DNA of 64,000 nucleotides from Octopus vulgaris (Eukaryota). The notes under the pieces are model-generated. The model was not told where the DNA came from and did no database searches. It saw nothing but the letters and a program-made list of their open reading frames with translations. Each line of letters opens with the position of its first letter. Positions within the stretch are counted from its first letter, which is position 1. A program made the translations under genes and the position numbers. The DNA lies in contig OX597815.1 in NCBI GenBank assembly GCA_951406725.2, forward strand, positions 127,844,001 through 127,908,000, given 5' to 3'. This document shows positions 24,469 to 39,199 of the stretch, one piece after another.

Positions 24469-27009
24469 GATGAGAGGAAAAATAACTCTGTTCAGTGATG
24501 TCACTCCCAGAAATTGGAAGCATTTTTCTATGAACTTAATGAATATAAACTATATGACTATATGGCTAAACATGACTATATGGGCAACATTTCCTTGTCA
24601 TTCATGCCAGCCTAGTGGAAGTGAGTGACTTCATGCATGATACATGCAGAGTTCTTGTTTTGTCTACCTCCTCACTGTGGTCCGCGCTACATGCTACTCA
24701 GTTAACTGTAGTTGTGACTGAATTCATGTGAGATTGTAAGTCTAAGTTAGTTATAGCTTCATTTGAAAGATGATATTTATTCTTGAATGGTAGTGACAAT
24801 TGCCAAATTCAAGACCAAAAATATGGTTTTGGATGCAAGTTTATTGTATCTTTTGTGAGATTGTTTTTTTTTCTTGGTCAGTGTGCAGCCAGCTTTACCA
24901 ATTCATTATCATCATTTTATTTTTTATTGGTATTCCAAAAAAAAAACAATTTTCAACCCATAAGTATGTTGAAGAGATTGAAACAAACTTTGAAAGACGA
25001 AAATAGGATCTTCAATGAAGAATGGGAATTACAATATTTTTTAGTGAATGGGCAAAATGTCTTGTCTGCTTTGTGATACCGCAATTGTAATGGTTAAGAA
25101 ATCCAATGCACAGCAGTATTATGCTCTTCATAAAGATAATAAATATGCCAAATTAGAGGTTGAGTTTCGAAAGATAACATTGTAGAAACTGAAAGACAAT
25201 TTTTCCTCTTTGTGTTACATCAAGGGAATGGTGTGACAGAAGCCAGCTATAAAGTTGCATATTTGCTTGGAGAAAAAGGTAAACCATTCTTCAATTCAGA
25301 ACTCATGAAAGAATGTATTTTAGAAGTGGTAAGATCTATAGATCCAGATAAAGTTAACAAATATAAGGAGGTGCCTCTTTCAAGAAAAACTAATACAGAT
25401 GGACAGCATGAATTAGCATGCGATGTAACAGAGCAGCTGAAAAATATAATCCAAAAAGAAAATGCATATTGCTCTGTAGCTTTGGATGAGTCGACAGATT
25501 CAGCACAGGTATTGTATCTTATTCATGCTTTAACTGATGATTTTCAATTTTAGGAAGAATTTCTTGCTTTAGACACCCTTAAAGAAGGATGCAGAGGATA
25601 GATATTTTTAACAACTTCAAAGAGCAATGCCACAAAGTAGGACTAAATATTTGTAATTTGGTAAGTGTGTGCACAGATGGTGCTCCAGCTATGATGGCTA
25701 AGAATGAAGGATTTATTGCGCATCTTAAAAGAGAAACCAAAGAATCCAAGTAAACTGATTTCTTTTCATTGTATTTTACATCAGCAAAATCTCTGCACAA
25801 AATCTACCATTTTAAATGACCCTTTACATAAGGTTATAAGTATTGTAAACTATATTCGAGCAAATGCCACAGAGCATTGTCATGCTGATGATGGATGATG
25901 AAGTAATTGCTGTAGATTTGCCTTATCACTCAAATGTACGCTGGCTGTCACAAGTGAAATTATTGGTCAAAATTGTATCTTTACAAAAGCAAATAATTGA
26001 CTTTTTCAATGGAAACAACAAACATTGGGATTTATCAAATCCAAACTTTTACAGAGATGTTGCATTTTCATGTGATGTTATATCAAAACAGAGTTAAACA
26101 TTTCATTGCAAGGCAGAAAATTCAGGCATTTAGAAAAAAGTTGTTGTTTTTCAAGTCTCTTTCGGCTAAATCAAAACTTTCAGAGGAACACTTTCCCTAG
26201 TTTACAAAGGTAATGAGTGAAAATGAAGATATCTCTCGATCTTATGAAGAATACAAGCTAGTTTTAGACTCATTAGTAGAAGTATACAACAAAAGATTCA
26301 GGGATTTTGAAAATCATAATATCACTCTGAAACTTGCTTTTCAACCTCACTTAGTTGATGTAGCAAAGGCCCCTGAAGAGTTACAAATGGAGCTTATTAA
26401 AATGTCTGAAGATAATATCCTGAAATCTCAGTTTGACAACAAGGACGATCCCATTGAAATTGGGCAAAAGGCAATAGAATATCCTCGTTTTCATGAACAT
26501 GCACGCTGACTGATCTCCTGCTTTTCTACAACATACTGTTGCAAATCAACATTCTCGTACTTGACACAAATAAAGAATTCACTGAGAACAAGTTGACAGA
26601 TGAGCATTTAGAGGACCAGTTGATACTAAGAACCATTATGTTAGAACCTGATATCAAAATACTTTCTCAAAAAAGCAAACTCAAAGAAGTCATTAATTTG
26701 AATAACGAGTAAATACATGCCTAAAAGAAATATTTCAAAATTTCATATTCTCGGTGTTTATAAGCTTGACTTTTTTTAAAAAGATTCATTTACTTATTCA
26801 AAAAAAAGTTCCTACTTCAGTAAAATATTTGAAAATGTCATATTTCCAATTTTTATTCATCTGCCTTTTTCTATGACCTTACTAGTAAATTACTTTGTGG
26901 CCTAAGCCTAGGGATAAAATGACAAAAAAAATATTTGTTTAATGAGGCTTCTATGAGAGGCGATGAATAGTAGGGTGGCCTTCATGAATAAAATGGTTCC
27001 CCGTCCCTG
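24253..27009 (+). mobile_element. hAT (Charlie/SPIN-like) DNA transposon, full length with decayed transposase
   Basis: TIRs cagagatggagaacc / ggttccccgtccctg; perfect 8-bp TSD GTCTAGAT at 24245-24252 and 27010-27017; RIFNEEWELQYF, SVALDESTD, VCTDGAPAM, HCILHQQNLC, VRWLS; 22-bp subterminal unit x3 at ~24272-24340. Confidence 0.92.
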
Positions 27010-27352
27010 GTCTAGATGTTTCTTCAATGTATGCTGTGTTCTTGTCTTTACAAGCACCCTCAATGCACTTTATGCTGTCAACTACATTTCTAGTTCTACA
27101 GTTTATGCCAGGGTTAAACTTACATTCTGTGCAGTTTTCAATAGTGCATGTGGTATTTTCGAATGGGTATGTCCTAAACAGCTGCAATCTGATGGAGCTC
27201 CCTGGCTTTTCAGAGATCATAATCTTGAGTTTGGTCACCTTCAGGGCTTTCCTAAATCTACGGGCTAGCTCTCCATGGGGTGTTGCCTCTACAAACATCA
27301 GTCCTAGATATTTTCCAGCCCTGTAACATGTGTTTACTTTGTTTTGCCACAA
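27010..27352 (-). mobile_element. Penelope-like element fragment (GIY-YIG region) interrupted by the hAT; continues at ~24190-24252
   Basis: MFVEATPHGELA, EKPGSSI, CRTRNVV..IKC..AYIEETSR; similar to 46860-47150. Confidence 0.75.
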
Positions 27353-27559
27353 ACTCTTTGTATATTATATATATTATGTGGTAGTGCTTTAGCAAGTAGA
27401 AAAGTAGTTAATTAGCTAAGTGTGTAAAGATAATGTTATAATAAAGAAAAAAATCCACAAATCTTGCTAGATACAGCTACCCTGGGTTTCCTAGTCGAAA
27501 TAATTAATATATTTCACCATTTTCATGTTGAGAACATGAGCATTTGTCAGTTGTTTTTT

Positions 27560-28330
27560 CAAACAGATAATATACCTAAGAAGTTGATAAGTCAGAAAAA
27601 GAAAGATCTGGAAGCTTAAGGATCCTTTAATTGGTCAAAGATTAAGGGATACCTTATGTAGCACCAGTACCCTGCAAGGTTAAGAATGCTCAGCTGGAGA
27701 GGATACACACCCGTGTGCGTGCAAAGTTATTATGCCACTATTAATCCTCCTCAATAAAGCCCCAATTTATTATATGAAAAATTCAGATTTGTCCAGACAC
27801 GAAATAAATATAATACTTGGGGCGTGAACCCCTTTGTAGATTTTGATGGAGAATGCTTTTGATATAGTGATGGGATCATCCAACTTTGTGCAGGTCATTG
27901 ACTTTGTCAGAATATATATCATTAATCCATGTCTTCCTTTCTGGATTAATCCAGTCTTCTTTTCTGGAAATAACAGGGGGTCTATATATGTATGACACCC
28001 TATTCTTTCAGGACAGAATTAGAAAAGTACAATTAGAAAGGCACAAGAAGCATTTCTTTAGACTTTTTAAGAATTTAGGACTCAACATTAATATGGGAAA
28101 GGATTATTGTAGAATAAATTTCCTTGACGCTACCTTCTGTCTTGATACTGGATTATTTGAACCATTTCATAAGCCAAATGATAATATCAAGTATATAACT
28201 GTATGATTCAATCACCCACCTTCGATAATACATGGATTAGTTAAGAAAATTTCTACGAGAATTTCTAGATTATCTGCTAATAAAAACATTTTTGAATCAC
28301 ATGTACCTTATTATAATACTGTGAGAAAAT
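27560..28330 (+). mobile_element. Penelope-like (Naiad-type) RT fragment, decayed
   Basis: FDIVMGS, GGLYMYD, INFLDATFCL, FEPFHKPND, NHPP, RISRLSAN. Confidence 0.7.
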
Positions 28331-28344
28331 TCAATATATACAAG

Positions 28345-29285
<941 letters not shown>

Positions 29286-29296
29286 TATATATATAT

Positions 29297-29525
29297 ATAA
29301 ATAGGAAAAAAGCAACAAGAATGGATCAATATTTCGGTACAATTGTTTCGTACGAAGACATCTTTATTAAGGCTACAAGATTTGCAGTAAATATAAGTGA
29401 CCCGTACTCGTATATTTGTGAACCGTATATTTACTGCAATTCTTGTACCCTTAATAAAGATGTCTTCGTACGAAACAATTGTACCGAAATATTGATCCAT
29501 TCTTGTTGCTTTTTTCCTATTTATA
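29297..29525. repeat. Long palindrome, ~100-bp arms and ~30-bp spacer
   Basis: ataaataggaaaaaagcaacaagaatggatc... / ...gatccattcttgttgcttttttcctatttat; nearly perfect. Confidence 0.92.
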
Positions 29526-30513
29526 ATCACCCCGCATTGTCGTATGGTTGACACCATATAGATTTCTGGTGCATCCAAGTTAAGTACCATATTCATGTAA
29601 ATTCAACAGAACTCACTTGAATCTTAATTGCTTATGTATATATATATATATATATATACACTAATGGGACCTGTGGAAATTCCATGCAATAGAAAAAAAT
29701 AAAGAGGACCTATTTAAGAAAGAAAGGAGGGTTTGCATTTTTATAACATTCATAGTCTAGCTTTCTTTAAATATTCTTTATGTTCATCTACATTCATTTC
29801 TTCACGTCTTTGTCAATGTTGTATTTTCCTCTTTTTATTACGTTTTCTTGCTGTTCCTCTCTGATCCGTGCTCTATATCTGCACATCTTTTCTCGGGCAG
29901 CTTGCAACCATGATTCTTGTGAATCCAGAGTTCAAATTAAATTAACCCTTATAAATAAATATTCATTTTTTAAGCAAGCAGATGCTAAATAATTTCACAT
30001 ATGCATTAAGCAATGGTTACTATAAAAAAATTAGGTCAATAAAAAATATCTTTCACTATCAACACACCACCACCACTACTATCTGCCACCCTCTCTCTCT
30101 CACTTTCTCTCTCTCTCTCTTTTAATATAATGCCTCCCCAGACCATCTCCCTCTATCAGCCTTTCTCTTCAGCTAACTTTTTAACCACTTAATAAGTATT
30201 CCTTCCCCATGTTGTTAACACACCTCTCTCTCCTTCTTTTTCTCTCGTCATCTTTTTCTCTCATTCTTTGCCTCTACCTTCAGCTGATCACGTGATGCAT
30301 TTGGCCTAAGTGTATTAATATTAATCACGTTTCTCCATTTCTTCTCCTCCTTCTTTCTTCACTCCTCCCCCCTCTCTCACTCTCTAATTCTTACTCCACC
30401 TCTCTAACTAACTAATGTGTAAAGGGTGAGTAAACAAGCAGATTATCATTATTATTATAATTATTATTATTATATACATATATACATACATACATACATA
30501 CATAAATACATAC

Positions 30514-30571
<58 letters not shown>

Positions 30572-30572
<1 letters not shown>

Positions 30573-33012
30573 CAGGCCTCAAAGATTCCAAGAAGCAGAC
30601 AAGTCTAGAAAAGGATTTGGAATCTTAAGGGTCCATTAAATAATCAGAGATTTAGGGACACTCAAACTGAGAAATTTGAGGAGGAGGTATTACTAACTTG
30701 TAACATAGAGGGCACCTAGAAATTACTATGGAACAACTTACTGAGTGAAACAAACCAAATCTGTGGCTGGTGCAAATCCCAACCAGATGTAAGTGGTGGA
30801 ATGATGTTGTAGATAAGGCCATTAGAGTGAAGAAACAGGCCCGGAAGGATTGGAATAATGGTAGTAGAAGAGAACTATATCAGGTAGCTAGGAGGGAGGC
30901 TAGAAGACAGGTATACTTAGCCAGAGGAGAAGCAGAAAGGAGGAAGTTTGCCCGTGTTCTATGGTATGAGGACCAAAGGCTTGAGGTTTTTGGTTTACAA
31001 GACAGTGCGTTTGCATGGATGATAGCTCACTCGCAATTAGTGATCCTGCAAAGAAGGAGGCTTGGAAGTGCCACTATGAAAAGTTGCTAAATGTAAAAAT
31101 GCATGGGAGAAGGAAAGCCTGCCTAATGTGAACCAAACAGAGGGGCTGGCTATCAGATTTGACAGTATCTTAGTTGATAAAGCAATTGAAAATAGGAAGA
31201 CAAGGTAAGCCCCTGGCCTACCTGGAATCACCACTGAGATGAATGTCAAAAGTATTTGGTGGCGTGAGATATGACCTATTCACCTGTATAGTTAATGAGG
31301 TTGTCCAGAAGAGAGCCATACCCAATGATTAATGTTGTAGCATTATAGTCAACTGCTACAAAAGCAAAAGTGATACCATAGACAGAACTAATTACTGAGG
31401 CATCAAATTACTGGACTAAGTAATGAACGTTACAGAGAGGATCATAGCTCAATTAATTAGGAAGACAGTTAGATGTAGATAAGATACAGTTTGGATATGT
31501 GCCAGGCAAAAGCATCACTGATGCTATCTTCCTGATGAAGCAACTGGAGAAGTACTTGGCCAAAACTAAACCTCTGTATCAGGCTTTTGTTGACATGGAA
31601 AAAGACTCTAACAGGGTCTCCCACTCCCTTATCCGGTGGGCAATGCAGAGGCTAGGGATTGATGAGTAGTAGATGATATCCATACAAACCATGTACAAGG
31701 GTGCTATCAGTAAGGTGAAAGTCACCAATGAGTATAGCAAGAAATTTAGTGTACAAGTATGAGTCCACTAGGGATTGGTTCTTAAAGCCCTCTTGTTTAT
31801 CATAGTCCTCCCAAGCTACAACAGAAGAATTCAAGGTGGGCTGCCCTTGGGAGTTCCTCTATGCTGATGACCTTGTTCTTATTACTGAATCCCTACCAGA
31901 ACTAGAGAGGTTTCAGGTTTGGAAGCACAAACTGAAGTCAAAGGGCCTTAGGATTAATTTAGCAAAGAGTAAAGCCCTAATAGGTAGGTAAACAGACAAA
32001 TCACAAATCCCTTCAAGGAGACGGCCCTCCTAGATATGTAGAAAAGATATAGGTGGAAACTCTATAAGGTATACCAAGTGCACACTATGGATACAAAAGA
32101 GGTGCAACAGTATCAGAGGAAGTTTAACAGAGGAAGTAGTTTTGGGTGTGGCAGATGTATATCTACAATAAACACTAGAAATGTACTGAAAATATACTTC
32201 ATCAAATACCTGTAGAGATACTTAAAAGTAGTTAATAGCTTCTGTTACCCAGGTGACCAAGTCAGCAATTGATGTGGATACCCTGAAAGTGTAGATGCTA
32301 AAATACAAATGGGCTAGACAAAGTTCAGAGAACTAATTTTGTTGATAATAAAGGGCCTCTCCTCAATAATGAAGTACAGATTGTATGATGCCTGTGTGTG
32401 ATCAGCCATGCTACATGGTAGTGAAACATAGGCCATAACTGCAGAGGAGATGTGAAGGCTTGAAAGAAATAAAGCTAGTATGCTTCACTAGATGTGCAAT
32501 GTTAGTGTGCATGTATAAGAGAATGTAAGACTCTTAAGACAAACATAGGGTATAAGGGGCATCAGATGTAGTGTGCAAAAGTGAAGATTGTGCAGGTATG
32601 GTCATGTGATGTGGACGCAGACAGCTGCATAAATAAATACTGATCTCTAGCATTGGAGAAAAACTGTGGAGGAGGTAGACCCAGGAAGAAGTGGGACATG
32701 GTTATGAAATATGGTCTGCAGATGTTAAGTCTCATGGAGGTGATGACAAGTGACTAAAACTTTTGGTGATTTGCTGTGCTTGAGAAGGCACGTCAAGCTA
32801 AGTAACATGTGAAAGGGTCATGCTGGTGACACTTGTGCTTGTAGCATATAAATGACACTCAGTACATTCAGTGGAGTGATTGGCATTAGGAAAGACATCC
32901 ATCTGTAGAAACAAGCCAAAACAGACTGAAGCCTGGTGCAGCTCTCCAAACAGCTCCAGTCAAACCATTTTACCTATGCTAGCATGAAAAACGGACACTA
33001 ACTGATGATGAT
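30572..33012 (+). mobile_element. Old decayed RTE LINE copy
   Basis: WWNDVVDKAI, ELYQVARREA, RT remnants including FLYADD, 3' UTR and gatgatgat tail. Confidence 0.88.
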
Positions 33013-33146
33013 ATGATGGCAGTTTTTCCTTGTCTGAAGTTCATGTGGAAGAGTGGTGATATAGACTGAACCTTCGCACCACAAATCTTTTCTCATATCC
33101 TGAACTTAGAAGTGTGAGTCACTCCACACATTCTGATTGTACTCTC

Positions 33147-33187
<41 letters not shown>

Positions 33188-34339
33188 CATGCATGCATGT
33201 GTGTGTGTATGTGTGTGCATGCATGTGTGTGTGTGTGAATACTTCAGTGTTTTTTATCATTGACTGATTGTTTATATGTGCTTAAATACATATTTAGACA
33301 GATCTGTAAGTGTGTACATATCAGAACAAAGGTTATTTCAATAGCTGAGTGTTGATATAAACAAAGATAGGTGAAAATAGTTATAAATCACTAGATTGGA
33401 ATGTAGAAAGATCTAAAGGAAAGTTAGATAAACCTGTTTAAGATAAATTGTAACACAATGGTTGAATTGTCCTTAAACAGGATATGTTTTCTTATTTCAC
33501 CAGCATACTCATGTGATAAAAAATGCTAACAGTTTCATTAATGATAGAAAATGGCTATTCAATACAATGGAAGAAACCATTGATAAATGTCAGCAATCTA
33601 GTAAATATATATGTATATACACACAATTGAAGCACTTGAAAAATCAGATACAGTTGTAATATCTTGGTGGAAAATATTGTCCAGACCCCCACTCCCTTAT
33701 CTGGTGAACAATGTAGAAAACTAGGGATAGATGAGTGGTTGGTGAGAGCTGGTGTTGGCTAATTCCACCTGTCATCATATATTTACCATAGAAATCTATG
33801 GATGATTTAGCAGAATGCTAATGCATATACAAAAAATTAATATAAGCAGTTGGATGCAAAATAATGAAACCTCCCCATGACTGAATCAAGAATCTCTCAG
33901 ACTAGACATCTCATTTTGGGTGACTATCACTGATGAAGTGTGCAGTAATATGTGAAACAAGACATCTAGTCTGAGAGATTGTTGATTTGGTCATGGGGAG
34001 GTTTCTTCCCTATCAGCGTGTGTGTATACATTTGTGCCCTTCCTACTGCACAAGGAGTATTTTACTCCTATTTCTAGCAATGTAAGTATCTCAGCACCCT
34101 TAGTCACATTTAGTATACATAAATACATACATACATACATACATACATACATACATACATACATTCATACATACATACATACATTCATACATACATTCAT
34201 TCATTCATACATACATGCATACATACATACATACATACATACATACATACATGCATTCATACATACATGCATACATACATACATACATACATTCATTCAT
34301 ACATACATGCATACATACATACATACATACATACATACA

Positions 34340-34370
<31 letters not shown>

Positions 34371-35010
34371 TAGCTGCCCCTGAGGCATGATATAGTTGCA
34401 AAGATTACTTACAATGCTATCTGCCTAAAGGAATGTGATGATTTATAAATCATAGGCATGTCAGAACCAGCAGGTATTCACACCTTTAAAAACAAGGAAA
34501 CACCCCAATAAAAATATCCATTTGGTAGGACAGGGGAAAAAGTCATGCACTGTTATAGAGGTTATCTGCCCAGCAAATGTGAATGTGCAATCAAAAGTAT
34601 AGGGAAAAGAGAAGAATTTACGGCAAATTAATATGGAACTTACAGCTCTTATAGCCTGAATATGAAGTCTCATTTCTACTTGTCATCACAGGTACATTAA
34701 TTTATAAACCAACAAATTTGCACAAAACCTAGAAATACTGTTTCATGGAGAAAGACCAAAAGAAACTGACATGGATTCTCCAAATCCAATATATTAGTGA
34801 AGATTTGTAAGACGTTCCAAAATTATCCTTCTGAAATTCTTATGTGATTAGAAAAACACACTTGGGTATATGCATCAACAATTCAACCAATACATCAACT
34901 CAAACACATATTTACAAACACTGGGAACTCACATAACTCAAAAAGCTATGTTACTTTGTTAGTGACTAGCTTGAAATCCTCAAGAATTTAAAATAAGCTC
35001 AAAGAAAAAG
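34371..35010 (+). mobile_element. Divergent R4-like RLE retroposon fragment between (CATA)n tracts
   Basis: RHDIVAR, CTVIEVICPANVN; (CATA)n at ~34110-34370 and 35011-35114. Confidence 0.6.
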
Positions 35011-35114
35011 CATACATACATGCATACATACATACATACATACATACATACATACATACATACATACATACATACATACATACATACATACATACATACA
35101 TACATACATACATA

Positions 35115-35883
35115 ACACTGAAGATATAACACACATCATAAGTAGTTGTCTGAAAATGTCATCATGGTATTATCCACCAATGAGACATGATGTTGTTGCT
35201 AGGACACTCTATAAATCTGTTGGAAAGATAACCAAAGGACAAAGATATAAGTACCCACAGTATGGTAGAAGCCATAGCCACTCATAATAAAAAGGGGTAC
35301 TGGTGGAATGTCCCAATGAAGACCTCAATAAAATGTAACCACAAAGATTTGATATAATGATTTGGGATAGAGAAGAAAAACTGTGTACAGTTATAGAAAT
35401 TAGCTGCCCAACAGATGTTAACATAAAGCTGAAGGTCAGTGAAAAAGAGAACACCTATGCTGAACTATTGAGAAATTTGCTGTTGCCCTACCCAGATTAC
35501 AAGTTCAGGTTTATACCTGTAATTATTTGGACCCTGGGATTTGTAATACACTGCCTAAATACCAATCTTGAGAAATTAGGCTCTTAAAGCCAGAAAGGAG
35601 AAAGCTAATTCAAACACTACAGATCCAATCAATCACTAGAACTGTAAAAATCTGTAAAACTTTCCAGAAGTTTATCATTTAAGTATATATAAGCATGTCT
35701 AGATATGCAACTATGTGCATGAGAATACATACATAAAGCAAAGCATACAAATCTGCACATATACACACATACAAAAATACCCTCTTGTTGATGTTGACAT
35801 TCCAATGAAGGAGCCTAGGATCTATGTTAGAAACCAGTTCTTTCTCTATTGGCAAGAAATCTTGAAATAAAACTGTACAATGA
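35115..35883 (+). mobile_element. R4-like RLE retroposon, 5'-truncated, flanked by (CATA)n on both sides
   Basis: HIISSC, RHDVVAR, WDREEKLCTVIEISCP, FRFIPVI; 3' end aaataaaactgtacaatga followed by (CATA)n. Confidence 0.85.
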
Positions 35884-36328
35884 CATACATACATACATAC
35901 ATACATACATACACAAATACACACACACACACACATACATACATACATACATACATACATACATACATACATACATACATACATACACACATACACACAT
36001 ACATACATACATACAGAGGTCTTCATTCGTCTTCCATTTACCAAATCTACTCACTTTGGTCGGCCCTACAGTATAGTAGAAGGCTATAAATCATCATCAT
36101 CATCATCCTAATCATCATCATCACCACCATCGTTTAATGTCTACTTTCCATGCTGTTATGGGTTTAACAGGAGCTGGCCAAGCAGAAGACTGCACCAGAT
36201 TTCTGTGTGTGCTTTGGCACAATTTTTACAGCAGGATGCTCTTCCTAAAACCAACCACCCAGCAGATAACTAGCAAGCTAGATATACATCTATACACACA
36301 CACATAAGTATATATATCTATCTATCTA

Positions 36329-36372
<44 letters not shown>

Positions 36373-36375
<3 letters not shown>

Positions 36376-36586
36376 CAAATTAAGGAACGGCCACAATAGG
36401 CCGTTCAACCCACTAGAAATAACAGCCAAGGCTTCAACCGCAAAATAGTAGCAATTCTGTAAATCAGGAGATTTTTTCTGATTTTTTCTCCTGATTTACG
36501 GAATTACTACTATTTTGCAGTTGAAGCATTGGCTGTTATTTCTAGTGGGTTGAACGGCCTATTGTGGCTGTTCCTTAATTTGCTGT
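36373..36586. repeat. Long palindrome, ~98-bp arms and ~15-bp spacer
   Basis: acagcaaattaaggaacggccacaataggccg... / ...cggcctattgtggctgttccttaatttgctgt. Confidence 0.9.
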
Positions 36587-36690
36587 TGAATTCATAAATA
36601 GTCTCTGACTATTTCCTTTTTTCTCACTAGACCGCTGGTAGCAAAATAATTTCTGCTGAATTTTTTGCTGCCCTATATTGATTAATTAAG

Positions 36691-36742
<52 letters not shown>

Positions 36743-37174
36743 TAGAGATAGAATAGTGGTACAAGGCACCAATGTTTACTGGATATAGCAGTCAATAATT
36801 TTATGACACTATAGTAAAGCTTCGCTGGATATATTCTGACAAAGATGTGTGTGGGCAGCAAACATAAAAATTTCATCTTACTTCTAAGAAGAACATTAGA
36901 TAATTGGACAACCCAGAATTGGATAATCTAGTACCTAGGTTTCAGACTCTTCAAATATGTTTGTTATCGTAAATTTGATTTATAAAAGAAGCACACTCTA
37001 AAATATTAGAGCAATAATATATATTTTTAGGAAGTTAAAAGTTATGGTTGATCATGGAGTGACCATTGGTTTCGCACCTATGAGGTGCTTAGCAGTATAG
37101 GCAACTCAGTAGATTCAGATGGCTGAAAGCACATAACCATTCTACAGCTGGAGAAAGAATTATATCACAGTAAG

Positions 37175-38443
37175 TTATGAGTAGTTCCTGGCTTTAAGGG
37201 TATCATAAAAGGGTAGCATTGTTTTCTTTGCAGGGGAGGCAGGACAACTATTTAGAAGATATGCAAAAAATCATAATGGTATACAATATATCTTTCTTTT
37301 TTTGCAGATTCAATGCATAATGGCAGCTCCTACAGAGGAGTTTGGTAAATTAAAGCACAGGTGGTTGAGAAATTCCTCTTTTTGCAAGGAAAATGGGTGG
37401 TAGAAATCCATGCCAAGATGAAGGAAGTCTTGAAGGATGGCTGCCCATCTTACTCCATAGGGCGAATCTAAGTGTCAAGGTTTCAGACTAGTCATCTTAA
37501 GGTCACAGATGAACCTTGGTCAGGACCTCCAGCTTCTGTGACAATAGAGGGCAAAGCCAACACAGTGCACATCATGATTTTTGAGGACCACCAGATTTCT
37601 GCTAGAGTCTTAGTGTAAACTCTGAGGATTTCCCATGAAAGTGTTGGTACACTATCCACAACATTCTAAACATGAGAAAGCTTTTCAGAAAATGGGTGCC
37701 AAAATGTTTGAATGCTGATCAGAAATGCATAAGTGTGACAACATCAAAGGTGATTTTGGACCATTTGCACCAGGAGATGCTGATTTTATGGCTTATTTAG
37801 TCACCATGAATGAAACTTGGCTTCATCATTATGATCCCCAGGCCAAACAACCATCAACTGAGTGGAATCACAGTGATTCAAGAAGTTTTGAACTCAGAAG
37901 TCAGTTGAAAAGATTCCGGCTTCAGTAACCTTGGACAAAGACAAAGTACCCCTCATAAAATACCGTCCAAAGAGTTGCACCATCAATGCAGAATTCTACA
38001 TGTGTCTCTATTGGATGAACTGTGTGAAGCTTTGAATCAGATATGCCGTAGGAAGCTGAACCATGGTGTCCCATTTTTGCAGGACAATATATCAGTACAC
38101 AAGTACATGAAATTTTATGGAAAATATGTGACTTTGGCTTTGAATTGGTAGACCACTCACCTTAATCTCCTGACTTGGCCCCTCCGATTATCAGCTCTTT
38201 CCATAACTGAAGAAACATCTCAAGAGAATGAAATTTCACTCTAATTCAAAAGTGATCATTGTTACAGCGACCTAGTTGGAGTCCCAAACTTCTGAATTCT
38301 TTTATAGGACTTAGATAAACTGAAGGACTGCTACAATAAATGTGTCAATCTGAGAAGGGAATATGTTGAATAAAATCATAATTAACTGATCTTCCAGTAT
38401 TTTCTTTTACCCTAAACTAGAAACTTTTCAGTATCCCCTTGTA
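37175..38443 (+). mobile_element. Mariner (DD34D-type) transposon fossil
   Basis: WVPKCL, VTMNETWLHHYDP, LQDN, SPDLAP(S)DY, GEYVE*; right TIR ...aacttttcagtatccccttg-ta. Confidence 0.85.
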
Positions 38444-38552
38444 GATTTGTAAACAAACGTATTTGTCCATTTTAGGTTGCTGTGGCTGGGATGGAGTTAA
38501 CCCCCTTACATCAGCTCCAGCCATGGTGATATTTGAAGGAGCTGTAGCATGC

Positions 38553-38780
38553 CTACATTGTTTGCTCCCATTTATATAAGCCCCCAGTTGTCCCTTCCTC
38601 TTTTAGGTGCCATACATAACTGGCCAGAGGCATGATGTTGCACCTTTCTGGTATTCTAAATGAGGATTTGTGGTTGTTCAGATATTGCTTAAATGGGAGT
38701 GCAGCTGAAATGACATATTTTTGTCTTTGTATATTGGATGTGCTACCGTTAATGTTTCTTTCATTAACTCCAGGTCTGAT
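38553..38780 (-). mobile_element. Penelope-like (Naiad-type) GIY-YIG fragment
   Basis: FKQYLNNHKSSFR...LASYVWHLKE. Confidence 0.6.
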
Positions 38781-38934
38781 GTCATTGTTATTGTTGCTGG
38801 AGTCACTACCAGTGCTGATATTCCTAGGCATGGTTCTGACGGTTTCATTGCTGCTGATGTAACAGCCATTTCCAGCTGCAATGTTGGTGTTGCTGCTACC
38901 ATTGTAACTGTTGGTATTGTTGTCTATGGTGAAA

Positions 38935-39120
38935 ATTTTGGGGAGGGAGCCAGTCGATTACATCAATTCCAGTGTTTCACTGATACTTAGTTTATCGACC
39001 CCTAAAGGATGAAAGGCAAATTGACCTTGGCAGAATTTGAACTCAGAATGTAGCAGCAGACAAAATACCTCTAAGCATTTCGCCTGGTATGCTAACAATT
39101 CTGCTAGCTCGCCACCTTCA
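38935..39120 (-). mobile_element. tRNA-derived SINE
   Basis: Minus strand ggcgagctagcagaa...ctgagttcaaattc; same family as 57725-57946. Confidence 0.75.
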
Positions 39121-39199
39121 TCACCTTTAGAAAATGAATATTAATACTTTGGGAAGAGAAGAGTATGTTTAAAGTGATTGAACAGATATTAGTAGATCA

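Noticed and set aside
24960-26700. Domesticated host genes (GTF2IRD2/ZBED-like here; SETMAR-like at 37318 and 56099)
   Set aside because: Multiple stops and frameshifts together with TIRs or TSDs indicate dead transposons.
28190-28225. In-frame TGA in a Naiad-type PLE as selenocysteine
   Set aside because: The copy is full of other lesions, the TGA is not at an evident conserved Cys, and the Cys codons in the 150-880 fragment are ordinary TGY.
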